Below, piece by piece: positions 46,801-60,699 of a stretch of DNA of 64,000 nucleotides (positions are counted from its first letter, which is position 1; the number at the start of each line of letters is the position of its first letter). Both the position numbers and the translations under genes were made by a program. The DNA lies in assembly GCA_032718475.1 (NCBI GenBank), contig JAUCBJ010004353.1, positions 42,005-106,004 of the forward strand. Reading direction: 5' to 3'. Under the pieces are notes generated by a model. That model made no database searches and was not told the DNA's origin. It worked only from the letters and a program-made list of their open reading frames with translations. The stretch comes from Nemertoderma westbladi. Lineage: Eukaryota > Animalia > Xenacoelomorpha.

Positions 46801-49800
46801 CAAAAGGCCTGGGTCAGGGCCTCGGCGCATAAACCGACGCGAGCGCCGGGAACCGACACAGACTCGAGCGACGAAGAGGAAGAATTGAGGCGTCAGAAGT
46901 CCCAAAACCGGAAGGAAAGAAGGACTGACGCGGAGCAGGTAAGTATGAATCCCCGGGAAAGGACTAGACTTAACAACCCTGCAGAACTAAACAACTTATT
47001 AACCCAGAATGACGCCACCCTTAGAGATATAGGTAAGTTTGCTGCTAGGCAGGGATTGCCGACGCAACAACCCCAGAAGTTTATGGGCAACCACAAACAT
47101 TGGAGGACGTTTAAAACCTATGTAGACGAACAATTAACCAACAGCACCTTTACTCCCAACGAGAAATTCGACTATCAACTACAGATGCTCCATCGAGAAC
47201 CGAGAGCCATTGCTGATAACTTTGTCGGCAATGAAAGAGCGTTTGAACTAGCTATGAAGACACTTAGCGACATCTACGGGAATAAAACCAAGATGGCACA
47301 ATCGATAGTGGAAGACTTGGGTAAAGGCGGAAGGATTACGACTCCGTTGGAGCTGTTGAACTTAGCGAACGCCATCTCGAATGCATTAGATATCTTAAGG
47401 ATGGTAAATCTGCCTCATCATGGCGATCACGCCGAAGTTTTGAAGAGCATAATAAGACGTTTAAATATGCGTTACCGACAGAAATGGTGCAAACTAGAAA
47501 ATAAACTAGAGGGTCAAGACAAGGTGTTGATGCTTCAACACGTCCACGACATGATAGCCACAGATGCGGTAGCAGAGATGAAATCAAACTTCTCAGAGGA
47601 GAATATGAGGTAGTCTAAACCTGCTACCAGGAAGTCAATGATAAGTTTTGACGATGACAGAACCACTGTGACTTTTAATTCAGTAGACAAATACAATCCG
47701 AGTACCCCTGCCTTTAGACCAGACGCACGAGTATGGTCAGGTGAGAGGTTACATAGACCTAAGGTGAAGCAACAGGAGTTGCCGGACGGATTTGTAGGTT
47801 GCCAATTCTGCCTACTAAAAGAGGTAAGATCAGACGACCATAAGTTAGACTGTTGCAGGAGGTTCAAAGAATTAACTTCGGAACAAAGAAGTGTTCAAGT
47901 GCGGATGTTGGACAGCTGTTGGGCATGTCTTGCTCCAGGTCACGTACGGCGCCAGTGCCCGAACAGTAAGGACGGATGCATGGAGTGTGGCAGACTACAT
48001 CACAAGTTGCTACATGTGGATTTCCATACCCCAATGGACCGTTATTTACAGAGAAATCCTCAAAGAAAGGGAAGCAGAGATTCCGTAACAATAAGAAAGA
48101 ATACGTACACCGGCATCCAAGACGATGGGTATCAACCAGGTTCATCGGACGAGGACGGTGAAGCGAGCGCAAGGGAGGTGACCTGCCAGGGATTCACCAC
48201 CGATAGCTTATCGACCAGCGCGCAGATGTATTTATCATCGGCCACATTGGAGATATTCAAAGAGAGTCAAAGAGAATATATGTGATGTTGGACACTGCGT
48301 CCACATTATCATATATAGACGAGGAAGTAGCGAGAGCCGTTTCCGGCTTCCGGGATGCTGAGGAAATAAAAATAGAGTTAAAATCTATGCATGGGGTAGG
48401 AGACATTAAGGGACATAAGATTTCTATAGAACTAGACTCCCTACTCCCGAGAGAAGAGCACACTCGCCAGGAAAGGAGAGCGTTGCTGTTGGATGGATGT
48501 AAGTGTCTAGCTATGAAAGGGTTCGAAAGGCAGTTAGGTAAGGTGCCACCGATGAGTCCCATAGCACAGGAGTATTTTGACGAGCTCAAAATACCAAGAC
48601 ACCAGGTAGGTTATAGGAATGTGTCTATGTTGATTGGAGCAGAACAGCTGATCGCGCACCAAATATGGGAAACGAGACCAGCTGAGCCGTATGAAAATGG
48701 GCCACATGCCCATAGGACTATATTAGGTTGGTATACACGAGTACCCATGTCCTATGAGTTTTCAGGTGGCGATAAGCCAAAGGATGGACACGACGAATCA
48801 CAACCTATAACACAACTACCGTTAGTAGAACAACCAGACGTAGACGAGTTTAGGAGAGCCTGTATTGACCACTATACCGAGTCAGGCGAGGAGTTGATTC
48901 CCGATAATGTTAGATTGTTGGAACCACTCTATAATGACTGGGCAAATAGTGAACCCGAGGACTATTGTTATCAGACCCGTGTGTCTGGTTCAGTGGCCCA
49001 CGCCACCTATTTGAGTAATGTTTTGACTTATACCAATATAGTGGAGGGTCAGGTGGCGAAGTATCGAGACCTCGACATTTTCCAATTTAGTGAAGAGGAG
49101 TTACAAAAGGAATTGATACGCCAGGACCTCGAGACAGGAGCCAGAACCGCCGAATGGCTGGATAAGGACGCGATGGAACCAGGTGGTTATGACTTAACCA
49201 TGTCCACCAATGAGAAACGATCTCTAGAAATGATGGAAGACACCATGCGCCTGTTACCAACAGGACACTTCGAAGTTGGAATGTTGTGGCGTCGACAACC
49301 CCCTAAGTTGGAGAACAATTATAACTTGGCTCTGAAAAGATTAAACAGAGTAAGGGCTCGGTTGCTAAAGAATCAAGACATTAGGGAGAAGTATTGCGCC
49401 CAAATCAACAACTATTTGACAAAGGGATTTGCCGGGAAGGTAGAGAACCCCGAGTTAGTAACGGATCAGACTTATTACCTCCCACACCACTATGTGACTC
49501 ACCCCGACAAACCAAAGAATGTCCGAGTGGTCAATGACTGCGCAGCAGTCTATAGAGGAATGTCCCTGAACTCAGAGTTGATGGATGGTCCCAATCTAAA
49601 TAATTATCTAATAGAGATACTGCTACGCTTTAGACAGCGCCGATTTGCATTTACTTGCAACATCGAAGCGATGTTTCACCAGGTAAGAGCCTGCAAGGCG
49701 GACCAGGATAGTCTCCAATTTCTCTGGTATGAGAATGAAGACCTATCCGGCCCAGTGGTTACGTACCAGATGTGCATCAGGATATTCGGCGCCCACGACA

Positions 49801-52400
49801 GTCCCAATGGCACACTGTTTGTTTTAAAGAAAACAGCGATGGCCCAGATTGGAAATTATCCGGTTGACGTAATCGAGTCCATTCTGAGGAATTTCTACAT
49901 GCACGACAGATTGGTGTCCAAGGACACAGCGGAACAAGCCATAGAAGTGGCTCACGGTCTACAGGAGTGCTTGGCTACATGAGGTTTTCCACTGACCAAG
50001 TTCACCACTAATTCAGAGGCCTTATTAGAGTCGTTCCCAGTGAAGGATCGTGGGAGCAGAGACATTGAATTGGGTGTAGAACCCATCCCCATGGCGCGAG
50101 TACTGGGACTTGGTTGGAATCCAAATACGGATAAATTCCAAGTGAGAGTTAGGTTTGAACCCAGTAGCCCAGACAAGACTTTGACTAAGAGAATCTGCTT
50201 ATCGACCATGAGTAGACTATTTGACCCGATGAACTTTATCAGTCCAGTAATATTACAGGCTCGGATATGTATGAGGAAAATCTGGCTGACCGACTTAGAG
50301 TGGGATGAGCCGATATCCCCGATACATACAAATCAGTGGAGAGAGTGGGAAGCCGAGTTGCATTTATTGAAAAATATAGATTTTCCCCGCTCCTACTTTC
50401 CGAATCAGCTGGTATTCCCAGCTGATCTACAACTGCATTTATTTAGTGACGCAAGTGATAGCGGCTTTGGTATGGTAGCCTACCTTTGCCGAGAGGTAAG
50501 TCAGGATAAGTTTGAGATGGCCTTTGTGACTTCTAGATCGAAGACAATGCCGGTCAAATACATGACTGTCCCTCGTGCAGAGTTGCAGGCAGCGGTAGTA
50601 TCGGTCGAGGTGAGTAAGCAGATAATAGAAGAATTAGACACGACTTTGACATTATTCTATTGGACGAACGCATCCTTAGTGTTGGTGTATATTGCAGCGG
50701 ACAATATTGCACTAAAGACATTTGTGGCCAACAGACGCGCCCAGATCATCGACTTTTCGACGAAGGAACAATGGAGACATTGTCCGGGAGTGTTAAACCT
50801 GGCCGACATAACTTCGAGAGGTGCTATGCCGGCGGAATTCTGTCAGGAAGAATCCCAGGAGTTTTGGTTACATGGGCCTGATTTTCTAACGAGGACACAG
50901 GAGCATTGGCCAGAGCGACTGAAGATCGTTACCAATCCGATTCCGATAGATGCAGAGGTCAAAGTGGAGAAAGTTTCCAAGTCTAAATCGAAAGCCAAAC
51001 TCGAGTCATAGGAGCGGCCTGAATAGTCATTGGAGCGGCCTGAAGAGTCATTGGAGCGGCCTGGAGACCTGTCAGACCAAGAGACTTATGTGACCACAAG
51101 ATCCGGAAGAGTAAGTTATGACATAAAACCACCCTTACCAACTGCACAAGGGTCACAGTTAGAAAGTGACGGACAGAAAATGACCGACAAGATGGAGCCT
51201 TCGGTTTCCAAACCTGCGGGTTTCGATTCAAAAATCCCATTGGCCAGTGGGCAACCGTCGCTGGCATTAGAGCCACCTAGTATTTATGACAAATTACTAA
51301 ATTCGTCTGTCTCTTGGCTGACAATTTATAAAAGAACTGCGTGGTTTAGCCGATATGTTTTGTTCCTTTGTTTAAAATATTCGAAACATTTAGGAGAACA
51401 AATAAGCGCTAATAGCAAGCGAATTCAGAAATTGAAACAACCTCTGACAGAGGATGAGATTGATCAAGCGGAATTAAAGCATGGACATTATCAAATGTGT
51501 GACTTCCCGAAAGAATTCTATCTGTTATCGGCTCAACGACCAGTTCTCTATAAACCTCTCAAAAAATAGAGTCCATTGATCCATAAGGGTTTGATTTGTC
51601 ATAGATCAAGAATCCAGACTGTTGACATAAACTCACAGTTTAGGACCCCAGTGATAATCCCTAGTCACCCAATAGAATTGCAAAGAGCGATTGTATGGGA
51701 TATACATAAGAGGCTTCATCATGCGGGAAGGTTACACTGTTTGTCGGCAGCGAGACAGCGATTCATTCTGTTGCAGCCAAGCAGGGCGGTAGGTACTATG
51801 TACGACGCCTGTCTGGTTTGCAAGAGGATGAACGCCAGAGTATTGGAACAGGAGATGGCTGAACTCCCGGAAGCGAGAGTGCAGGCATACGATCCACCCT
51901 TCACAAATACAGGGGTGGACTGCTTTGGCCCGATTGAGGCAAAGAGTGGATGGCTGACCCACAAGAGATGGGGCCTGCTACTGATATGTATGGCTAGTAG
52001 AGCCGTACATATTGAACGTGTGGCAGACATGTCAACCAAATCTCTGCTACTGGCCTTAAAGAGATTTATGGCCAGGAGAGGACTAGTAAAGGCATTCTTC
52101 TCCGATAAGGGCACTAACTTTGTCGGAGGGAATAGCGAGTTGAACGCGGCTCATAGGGCAGCGCAGAACAAAGAAATCTCTGCGGCACTTTTGCCGCATA
52201 GAGTCGAGTGGAGGTTCAATACCCCAGAAAGTCCCTGGAGAGGAGGGAGTTGGGAGCGTCTGGTTCGCTCCATAAAACAGGCTATCGCTAAAACATTGCC
52301 TGTGAATAAGCAACTGACGGACGACGAGCTGGTAACAGCTTTCATCGAAATCGAGCATACTCTAAACTCGAGGCCGATAGCTATGTTGCCCGAACCAGCT
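43801..52400 (+). mobile_element. Degenerate Bel/Pao element, family C (related to family B), truncated within integrase
   Basis: Fragmented gag from ATG 44473; KFAARQGLP.QQP.KF.GN.KHW shared with family B; MLDTAS, NFYMHD, LHLFSDAS, TGVDCFGP, SDKGTNF, WERL; many stops and frameshifts. Candidate LTR end/PBS ACA|TGGCGAG at 43798-43807 is tentative. Confidence 0.9.
45955..46022 (-). mobile_element. ~68-bp RTE 3' tail insertion inside family C gag
   Basis: Matches ~502-569 (CTACTAGGATCGGCATG...TCAACAAAAT); only a weak AGAA target duplication. Confidence 0.85.
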
Positions 52401-52407
52401 TGTCCAA

Positions 52408-53890
52408 TTAAGGTAAAGTACGGATTCGTACGAAATAGTTTTTCTTATTTTATGATTTCAATTCTAAAATTTAGCGAATTGTGCGCAGGTACGGTATTGA
52501 GTTGATGTTTAGGATAAAGCTGTATTATTAAGCTTAAATAAAAATATAAATATCAGACGAATTGCTACATTGCTAATGTTTTACAGTGTGGTGTGTGTGG
52601 TAAAGTATGGGACATTGCTAGGTAAAGTACGGGACCTGTACGAATTTTATGGTCAAAATGGTCTCTTACACTTAACCTAACAGTAATTTCTGGATAATTA
52701 GTGATAATAAAGTGCAACTAAGTATTTCCAACCAAGATATGGATGCAAAATGTGGGGCGACCCACAAATTGACCCGAAGTCTTAGCATATGGGTGCCGTT
52801 GAGGAGTTGTCTGTCATCTGTCTAATTTTTGATCGCTAATAGGCCTACTGTATAACTCGGTCATTGATAGATGAAATTGAACCAAACTTGGTACGTATGA
52901 AGTCTGTCAAAAGTTTGGAAATAATCTGAAGTTTAATGAATCAAAGGTCACATATCAGACATATGTCTGATGGTACCGATAGTTTCAAAATTTTGATAAA
53001 AACCGAAATAAGTCCGCCAATCATTGATGAAATACTGTATAACCAAACTTGGTACACATGTATTCTGTGAAAAGTTTAGAAATTCTTTCCATTTTTCTAA
53101 AAATGTATCAATTACTGTACTTACCGATCTTCTTATCTGCTAAAAAACTAAATTTTTTGAAATTTGTTGTAAAGTACGGGACTTTACATGCATAAACTCA
53201 AAGATTAGTTAACTGAGGAATGATTCTTAGTCCAAATACATACTGCTATGCTTCTCACTACTATCACCCTAAAGCATTATAACACTCCTGCCTCCAGGTT
53301 TCATATATTACATTAATACAGTGCACTAAAATGTAATCGCCATTATAATGGTAAAGTATGGGACAATTTTCAATTGGCCGTGATCATGATGTTTCTGAGG
53401 GAGTAGATTATGAAACTACAGGTAATTGTTTCTTAAGATGACGCACAAAACGTGCTTTGCATTCCACTGGGTGATTGGGCTGAGTTAGACTACTTCTCTG
53501 TGTATAAATTAAAAATTTCACTATTTTATAGTATGGGACTTTACATGCATAAACCCAAAGATTTCTTGACTGAGGAATGATTCTCAGTTCAAATATACAG
53601 TAGACTCATATTCTTACGACCGACTATGACCTTAGAGTATTATAACACTCCTGGCTTCACATATTACATTAATACAGTGCACTAATATAATCGCCATTTT
53701 AATGGTAAAGTATGGGACAATTTACAATTGGCCGCCATGATAATTCTGAGGGAGTGAAGATGAAACTAATTGTTTTATACGATGACGCAACACAAACGTG
53801 TTTTGCATTCCACTGGGTGATTAGGCTGAGTTACATCTCTGTGAATAAACTAAAAATATAACTATTTTAGGTAAAGTATGGGACATAACA
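52408..53890. repeat. Non-coding DNA-transposon-like segment with iterated GGTAAAGTAYGGGAC motif and a ~350-bp direct duplication
   Basis: Motif at ~52412, 52599, 52621, 53169, 53350, 53704 and 53870. 53170-53525 is duplicated at 53530-53885. Confidence 0.6.
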
Positions 53891-56196
53891 TAATTAACTT
53901 TATCGATTTCATTACAGAGGAATTAAACACTGGTGATATTAAATGAAACCAAAAAAATTCGAAAATGGGTTTGTTTTTGATTTGGTACATGCTCAGAAAT
54001 GTTAATATATTGGTCATAGGAAGTGCCTACAAGAAACGAAACTTTTGCACACTTTTATTCACATTTTCTTCAGGTGCATAATTTGTAATTGTACAATTTT
54101 TAGCACTGAATTCAGGAAGTACGATAAATTTTGACCTAAAAGAAGTATAAATTCACAGCTACATCTCATTTTTCGAAATTAGTGGGGAGTTTGACCTTTT
54201 CATGGAATGAGCCTAGTAAGGTAGATGCTTTGTATTGACTACAGTTGGCACCATTACACTATTAAACTCAGCATTATTGTAGTACTACTTTGGTGTTATA
54301 TGAGGTGCTATTGAAACAATTACACTGTCAACGTGCTTTATAGACAATCTACAGAACTGAGTTATCCAACACTTTTACTTTAAGAACCTGTCCTTCGTCT
54401 AGCATCCATACATGATATTCTTGATCTACCTAGTTACTCAAACCTTACCCTGTATCTGGCCTCGACCATGCTGACACATTGACCATGTTTCTGAAAAATG
54501 ATGTTATTTTATAACTGTAAATCAAACCAATTTACTTTTTCCTTAGAAGTGATATAATAATAAACTAGAGTGTTCAGTTTACTGCTGATAGTGATGTGAA
54601 AGGACATATGTTAATTTTATACACCAATAAACCTTATGGAAATAGCATGAGTTGCTTCACTAGCTTCACAAGTTGTTTAAGTTTCATCAGCTCACTTTAC
54701 AGCCCTATATTACTGAAGTTACAATGAAAGCTGTAAAGTATTCATTATTTTTTTTACAGACTCTATAAAATAATATACAGCTCTAATTGCAGTTTTGTAA
54801 GCCACAGTTGAAATAAATGTGGTGAGCTATACCAAAGTTGGATGATGTTGACAATTTGAATTTAAAAATATAACATGTTCAAGTGATTACTCATTTTCTC
54901 TGACAGAATGACTTCTTTATAAACTTTATTATTTAAATAGTATTGTCTATTGATATTAAATTACTACATTGATAACCAGAGAATATTCAAGGGAATATTT
55001 GTGTGAATTAAGCTTAAGCATGCAAGATTTGGCATGACCTTCTTCATCAGATTAGACAATAGAGTAATATATTAAATTTGCTGTGAGTTCTTGACAAATT
55101 CACTCAAGCCAGTTTGGCCCAAATATCTTTAACAGGTCAATCCAAAAGGTTGACATAAAATTGGTCTGACGACGTTCTACATAATTTAGTCTTGTCAGAG
55201 TTTATTCAACTGAAATTTTACTATTTAGTCAGTGTCAGGGGATCTGTACACAACAAGTCTTGGTAGATTTTTCATGGGTATTTGATACGTAGATTAGATA
55301 CCAAGCGAGTTTATTGTTGTATATAGTCCTGGATATTGGTGAAAACTCAGCTAGTTTCGTATTTAACTTCCATATATTGTTAATAAACAGTATAATAATA
55401 GTAGATAAATCACAGATAGATAACAGCTAATGTCCCCGAATCTGGGCCTCGATCAGGACTATGGCAGTATGGTTCAGCACAGGATGAAAACTATAAGTTA
55501 GTCTTAGCTCATAATACATTATGGTGTTAGTGCAGCAATGCCCCTTAACAAGTGAGCTAATACAAATAATAAATTATACCCGTATGTCAGGAACGCTGAT
55601 AGGATAGTGGTATTGTTATTGTCAACAAAAACATATTGAGTAGCAATATATGAGTAATCATTGTTTGGCTGATACAATATTCAGCTTTCCCTTCAGATAA
55701 TGCTAGCACCAATGTACTAGGGGTTTGCCTGTGGCGGTTTATCTCAAAGCACAATGGATAAGCAATATACAACATATTTACTGTATAACGAATGCCATGC
55801 CACGAACGTGTGGTTCAACTGTTTGGTCACAAGACATTAATTGCTACCCTGACTTTATTGGGTAGCAATATGGGTTTTTCATGGTCGCTGATTTCATTTC
55901 TGATGTTAGTTTTCATGTTTGACGGAATCTAGTCTGTCTGGCTGTGTTTCTGATTGTCGGTCTGTCCGACAAACATCCATAACTCAAATGAAACCCCCCA
56001 TTAAAATCTGTTATAGATGAAATAAAAAACAAAAATCTGAAATTTATACTGCATATTTATATCGTATTAGCAATAATCCCACCATCTATTTTCTGACACC
56101 CAAAAAGACAAACATTACAAAATAGTAATAATCGGGTTTGTTTGGAGTAGGCCCTAATACAATTCAGTTGGATTAGTCAGGTGATCACTGGAGACT

Positions 56197-57690
56197 TCAT
56201 TTTGCCAACTTGGCGATTTTAAGTAGCGACTCTTTCCCCTCAATTTCAGCGCTTCGTTTTTTCGACCAGTTATTCAGGAAGATGTTGCTGAGTACCTGTG
56301 AGACAGAAGTTGCATATTCTAGAGGAATCATCGACAACAAATTATTTACATCCACGAAGTATTTGGTATCGGCGGTACGGCACAAGGGTTCTATTTCGTG
56401 TTGTAACAGAAACGCAAAGTAAACATAAAATACGAAATAAGTAACTGAGTCAGTGGGTTTAATTAATCGGCCTCTATCGAGTTCATCAGTGAAATCATCA
56501 AACTCGACATACAATAAGGTTGTGTCGTCGCCTGAGAGAGATGCTGCCAGCTTGGGGTACTTGCGCAAGACAGTAACCCGCGATATAAACCTAGACCTCG
56601 TATAGTTTGTGGAGACAAGCTGGATCCGCCTCTACTATATCGCAAACATTTAGCTCAATAGAGATGCTCACAAAGGATGCAGGAATGGCCGCTGGCAGAA
56701 GAAGATATGGAATCCACGTCTAATCGTGAAAGGTACTTCCTAGCGTTGTCGATTTTGAATCGTTGATCAACATTCTGCACTGAAATATAACGTATTTATA
56801 TATAGAGTTAGTATAAAGTATATTATAAATATAAAGTAAATTAAATATACAGGTTCATCATTTTTGAAACACTGAAAAAATCAGTAGTGTCATTCGCTAG
56901 ATGTGTAAAAACAGACAATGGAATACACTGCAATACTGATACAGAATACAAATACTGGTGTATCAAAGACGAACTTTGGACCACCAAATAAACATTGCAG
57001 TTTAATGGCGATTATTGTTCTGGCCTTCTCGGTATCTTTGTTCTCTGCAAAACCCAAAACAGAGCCCCATTAAACCCGGGTATTGAAACCCAGGTTTAAC
57101 ATAAACCTCGTCAGACATTACCACACACATTATCTGGTTCTTAGAAAGTCTGCGTAACTGGGTTCGCAAGAACTCGATGACGTCCACCTTTCCCACCATA
57201 CATGTATAATGCGCATGCAACTAATGCTTGGTAGCGGTAAATATGAAAGTAGGTCCATATAACTTGACCGTGACTTTGAGTAGATGGATAATGCAAATGT
57301 TATGTCCTCGAGTTTATAAGTCTCCCGAACAGTTTTATTGAGAACTGCCATTTGCCGAGCCAAGAATTTGCATTTATCTAACAGGGATGGTTTGATGGCT
57401 GCATTCTGGCTGCATCGAAAGTATTGACATAATGTACAGCTGCCTATAATTGGGACCACCCAATAAATATTCCATTGTAAACAAATTGGATGCCGACTGC
57501 CAGGCATTTATGGAACAATTTAATCGTCGGCTGTTGAAACCCACCATCAACATCGCGTTCTCCACGAGTAATAAACATACTAATATCGTGGAGTGGACCT
57601 TCCCGCTTAATGGAAAGAAGTTGAACCTCCTCCTCATTATGGTGGATTGTAAAACCACCAATATCCGACAAGTGATCTTTTATATATAAT
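56197..57690 (-). pseudogene. P-element/THAP9-like transposase relic
   Basis: ALSIYSKSRSSY..LPLPS, CVVMSDEVYVKP, YIAGY (~56575-56590), LDRGRLIKP; fragmented with the middle missing. Confidence 0.72.
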
Positions 57691-59604
57691 TATATAATTT
57701 AATTAATATTTTAATTATAATATATAACTAATTGCAATTGTGAGAATGGATAATATTCCGAACCTAAATTTAATATGGAATTTATCAATACAACTACTGT
57801 AGAAACTGTTTAAACTGTAGAAGCTTACCTGCGACAACTTCCTATTTAAACACTAGACTTCACTCTAAATACACTAACCGACAACAAATACGATTTTATA
57901 TTAACTGGTAACATGAACATTGACTTCTAAAAACCACAAAAAGTTCTAGACAATACTCCGACTTGCTAAATTCCAATGGCTTTATTCACTAATCTCTACC
58001 CATACCTGAGTTATACCCGCTTACCTAAAAAACCCAACTACTGTACAACTATTGAACTCAAATACAAACTATACAGAAATAAACGAGCCGAGCTGCCCAA
58101 AAAAACTATTACTCTACACAATTTGAATCTATTTCTAATAACTATTTACATACTTGTGTGTAAAGTAGCACTTTACTGTGTGATGATCCGAGTGGCTTTG
58201 TTACACGTAGGAACGTTAGTGAGTGAGTGAAAATAAAGCCACGAGGACCAGAACACTTTAAAGTACTTTGCAACAAGTATGTATGTAGTTTTATTCCAAA
58301 ATTGTAACATTACGAAATGATTGTATATATTATAAGTGATAGAAACTGCACAAATTAAATTAGTTGCTGTATAAATAAATGTAAATGTGACATAAATTAT
58401 GTTATAAATATGTTAGCTTATATTTATGGTGGCGCTTGGAGCCATGTTATATAATAGTATAGCTAGGCCCTACTGGTTATTAATAGCTATACCCCGCCTA
58501 CCGATAGGTATTGCAGTAGGCCTATCTGACTGTCTGACAAATTTCCACCTATTGTTTACGTGGTAACCATTGCCGCCGTAACTTTACAGCTCGCCGTCAT
58601 TGGTTACTACATAAACATGGGACATTACAACACCCACTACAATACTAATTGTACACATGTACAGGCCAATACAATGCTGTAATGTTCTCTAAGGTTGTAA
58701 AGTGCTAAATAACATCTCGCTGTTAATAGAGAATACTAACGGCGTTGAGTAATGTTACAATTTTGGAATAAAAATATGTGCAAAACATGGCTAATAATTA
58801 TCACGGCTTTAAATAAATTGCAGGGCCGGATTAAGGGGGGGGGGGGGGGGGGGGGGGGGTGGGGGCATGGGCCCGGGCCCTGGGCCACCCACCAAGAGGG
58901 GCCTCCCACCAATACGGCCATAAATTTTATTATAATTCTATGACTTTGAATTTTTTCCCAAATTTAACTAAAATTACTGGTACTGCACAAATCATTTGAT
59001 TACTTCATAGTTTTTTTTTTCATTAAATTCCATTCTGTGCTGCTCGTGCCCTTGTATTTAGACTTAATCTCCTGGGGCATCCTAGTCCATTATTATGTTT
59101 TGTAATCTCTATTATTGGTTGTTTGCTGTAGGCCTATCCTGTATGATAGTTTAAACATCGTCTCAAACTTAAAAATTGTTCCCTAACCTTACCGGACTGG
59201 TAGTGTAAATATGTATAAATGTTTACGCCAAACATAACCTACTAAATATACATGCTGCATTCTACCTACTAAATTTAGTAGGCACACGTTTTGAAAATCA
59301 TTTTTCATCTATTTGAAGGATTTTATAATAAAAGTCTTCTAGAACATTTCTTTATGATTCATTTCAATAGTCAAGTATTCTAATTTTGAAACAACTTATT
59401 TTAAGAGCTATTTTTATATATTATTGGTAAATGCCAGTTCCACTTCGTTGGTGCGTACCTACGCCATCTCCTGGAAATATTGTGTCTTAATTCAGTGACT
59501 TGGCCACCAATTAACGCGTCAGAATATTTATTTTTGCTTTCAACCCTTAATTAACTACAAGCGTTTGAAAAGTGTTTTATTGAGTCTATTTAATTACTAT
59601 CTAT

Positions 59605-59866
59605 TAGGGAGACAGGGGGAAACTGGACGCAAAACCAGCCTTGACGAATTAATATCCCGCCTCAATGTTAAATTCTCAATTTAGGGAAAGGAGCAGGTTA
59701 CAGTGGCATGTTATTTTAACCAAAACAATAAACTAAACACAATGGAACAGGTTACAGCTTTACTTTTGAGAGTAATCAACTGTTATTTGCGTCCAATTTC
59801 CCCTGGAGAGGGATGAATTTTTATTGCGTCCAGTCCCCCCCCCCCCCCCCCCCCCCCCCTCTATCT
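59605..59866. mobile_element. Small MITE-like element
   Basis: GGGGGAAACTGGACGCAA at the left; inverted copies TTGCGTCCAATTTCCCC and TTGCGTCCAGTCCCCC at the right. Confidence 0.5.
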
Positions 59867-60084
59867 GCTATTAGGACACAGTTTTTGTTACATTATTTTT
59901 TAGTTAGTGTTCTACAGTAGATTGTTTAGCAATTAAATAGCCTCGAGACGACGATACAACTTGCCACTTCCGAATGCTAATATTCCACTCAATTTCATTA
60001 AGATTCAGAGGGGGTTGGTACTAGTGTGTTTTGTGCACACCCCCCCTCAAATTTTTTATACTAGCAGGTTTATGTTACTTTTTT

Positions 60085-60555
60085 TAATGTTCTAGAATAT
60101 ATTGTCTATTCATTTTTTTATTAATTTTGTTCTAGAACAAATAATTGTTGTTCTAGAACAAAATTAATTAATTAGGTATTTTTGAAGTTATCAAAGCTAT
60201 TTTTTATTATTTTATTTTTTTATGTTCTAGAACATTTCGTCTATTCATTTTTGTAAAAAGTAATGTTCTAGAACAAATATTTTTTGTTCTAGAACATTAC
60301 AAAAAATGTTATTTTGTGGTGTTTTTTATTTGATTAGTAAGTGTTAAAAACAATTACTAACAACTATAAAGTTTCATTGTAGCAGTGATATTTATTAAAT
60401 ATGTGATAATACAAAGATAACACAGAATAAAAAATTAACAAAATTTACAAATTAGCTAGTTTTTTTGTTTTTTTTTTGTTCTAGAACAAATAATATTTGT
60501 TCCAGAACACAATTTTTATATTAAATTAATAGATAATATGCTCTAGAACATTTTT
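60085..60555. repeat. AT-rich cluster of about nine GTTCTAGAAC palindromes
   Basis: Copies near 60089, 60129, 60150, 60224, 60265, 60286 and 60478; variants at 60499 and 60540. Confidence 0.7.
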
Positions 60556-60699
60556 TTTAAAAGGAAACAATAACTAGCTATGTAGTTTAAAAAATTTATA
60601 CAAAGATAACATACAATAAAAAATTTTAAATAATAAATAAAAATAAAATAAAAATAATAAAAAAATCACAATTTTAGCTGATTATAATAATTACTGCAA

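Noticed and set aside
54000-56100. Possible host exons
   Set aside because: Only short ORFs without recognisable motifs; cannot be supported from sequence alone.
58821-58920. hAT-like terminus CAGGGCCGGATT with poly-G
   Set aside because: No matching opposite end or TSD found; the overlapping Gly/Pro ORFs are homopolymer artefacts.
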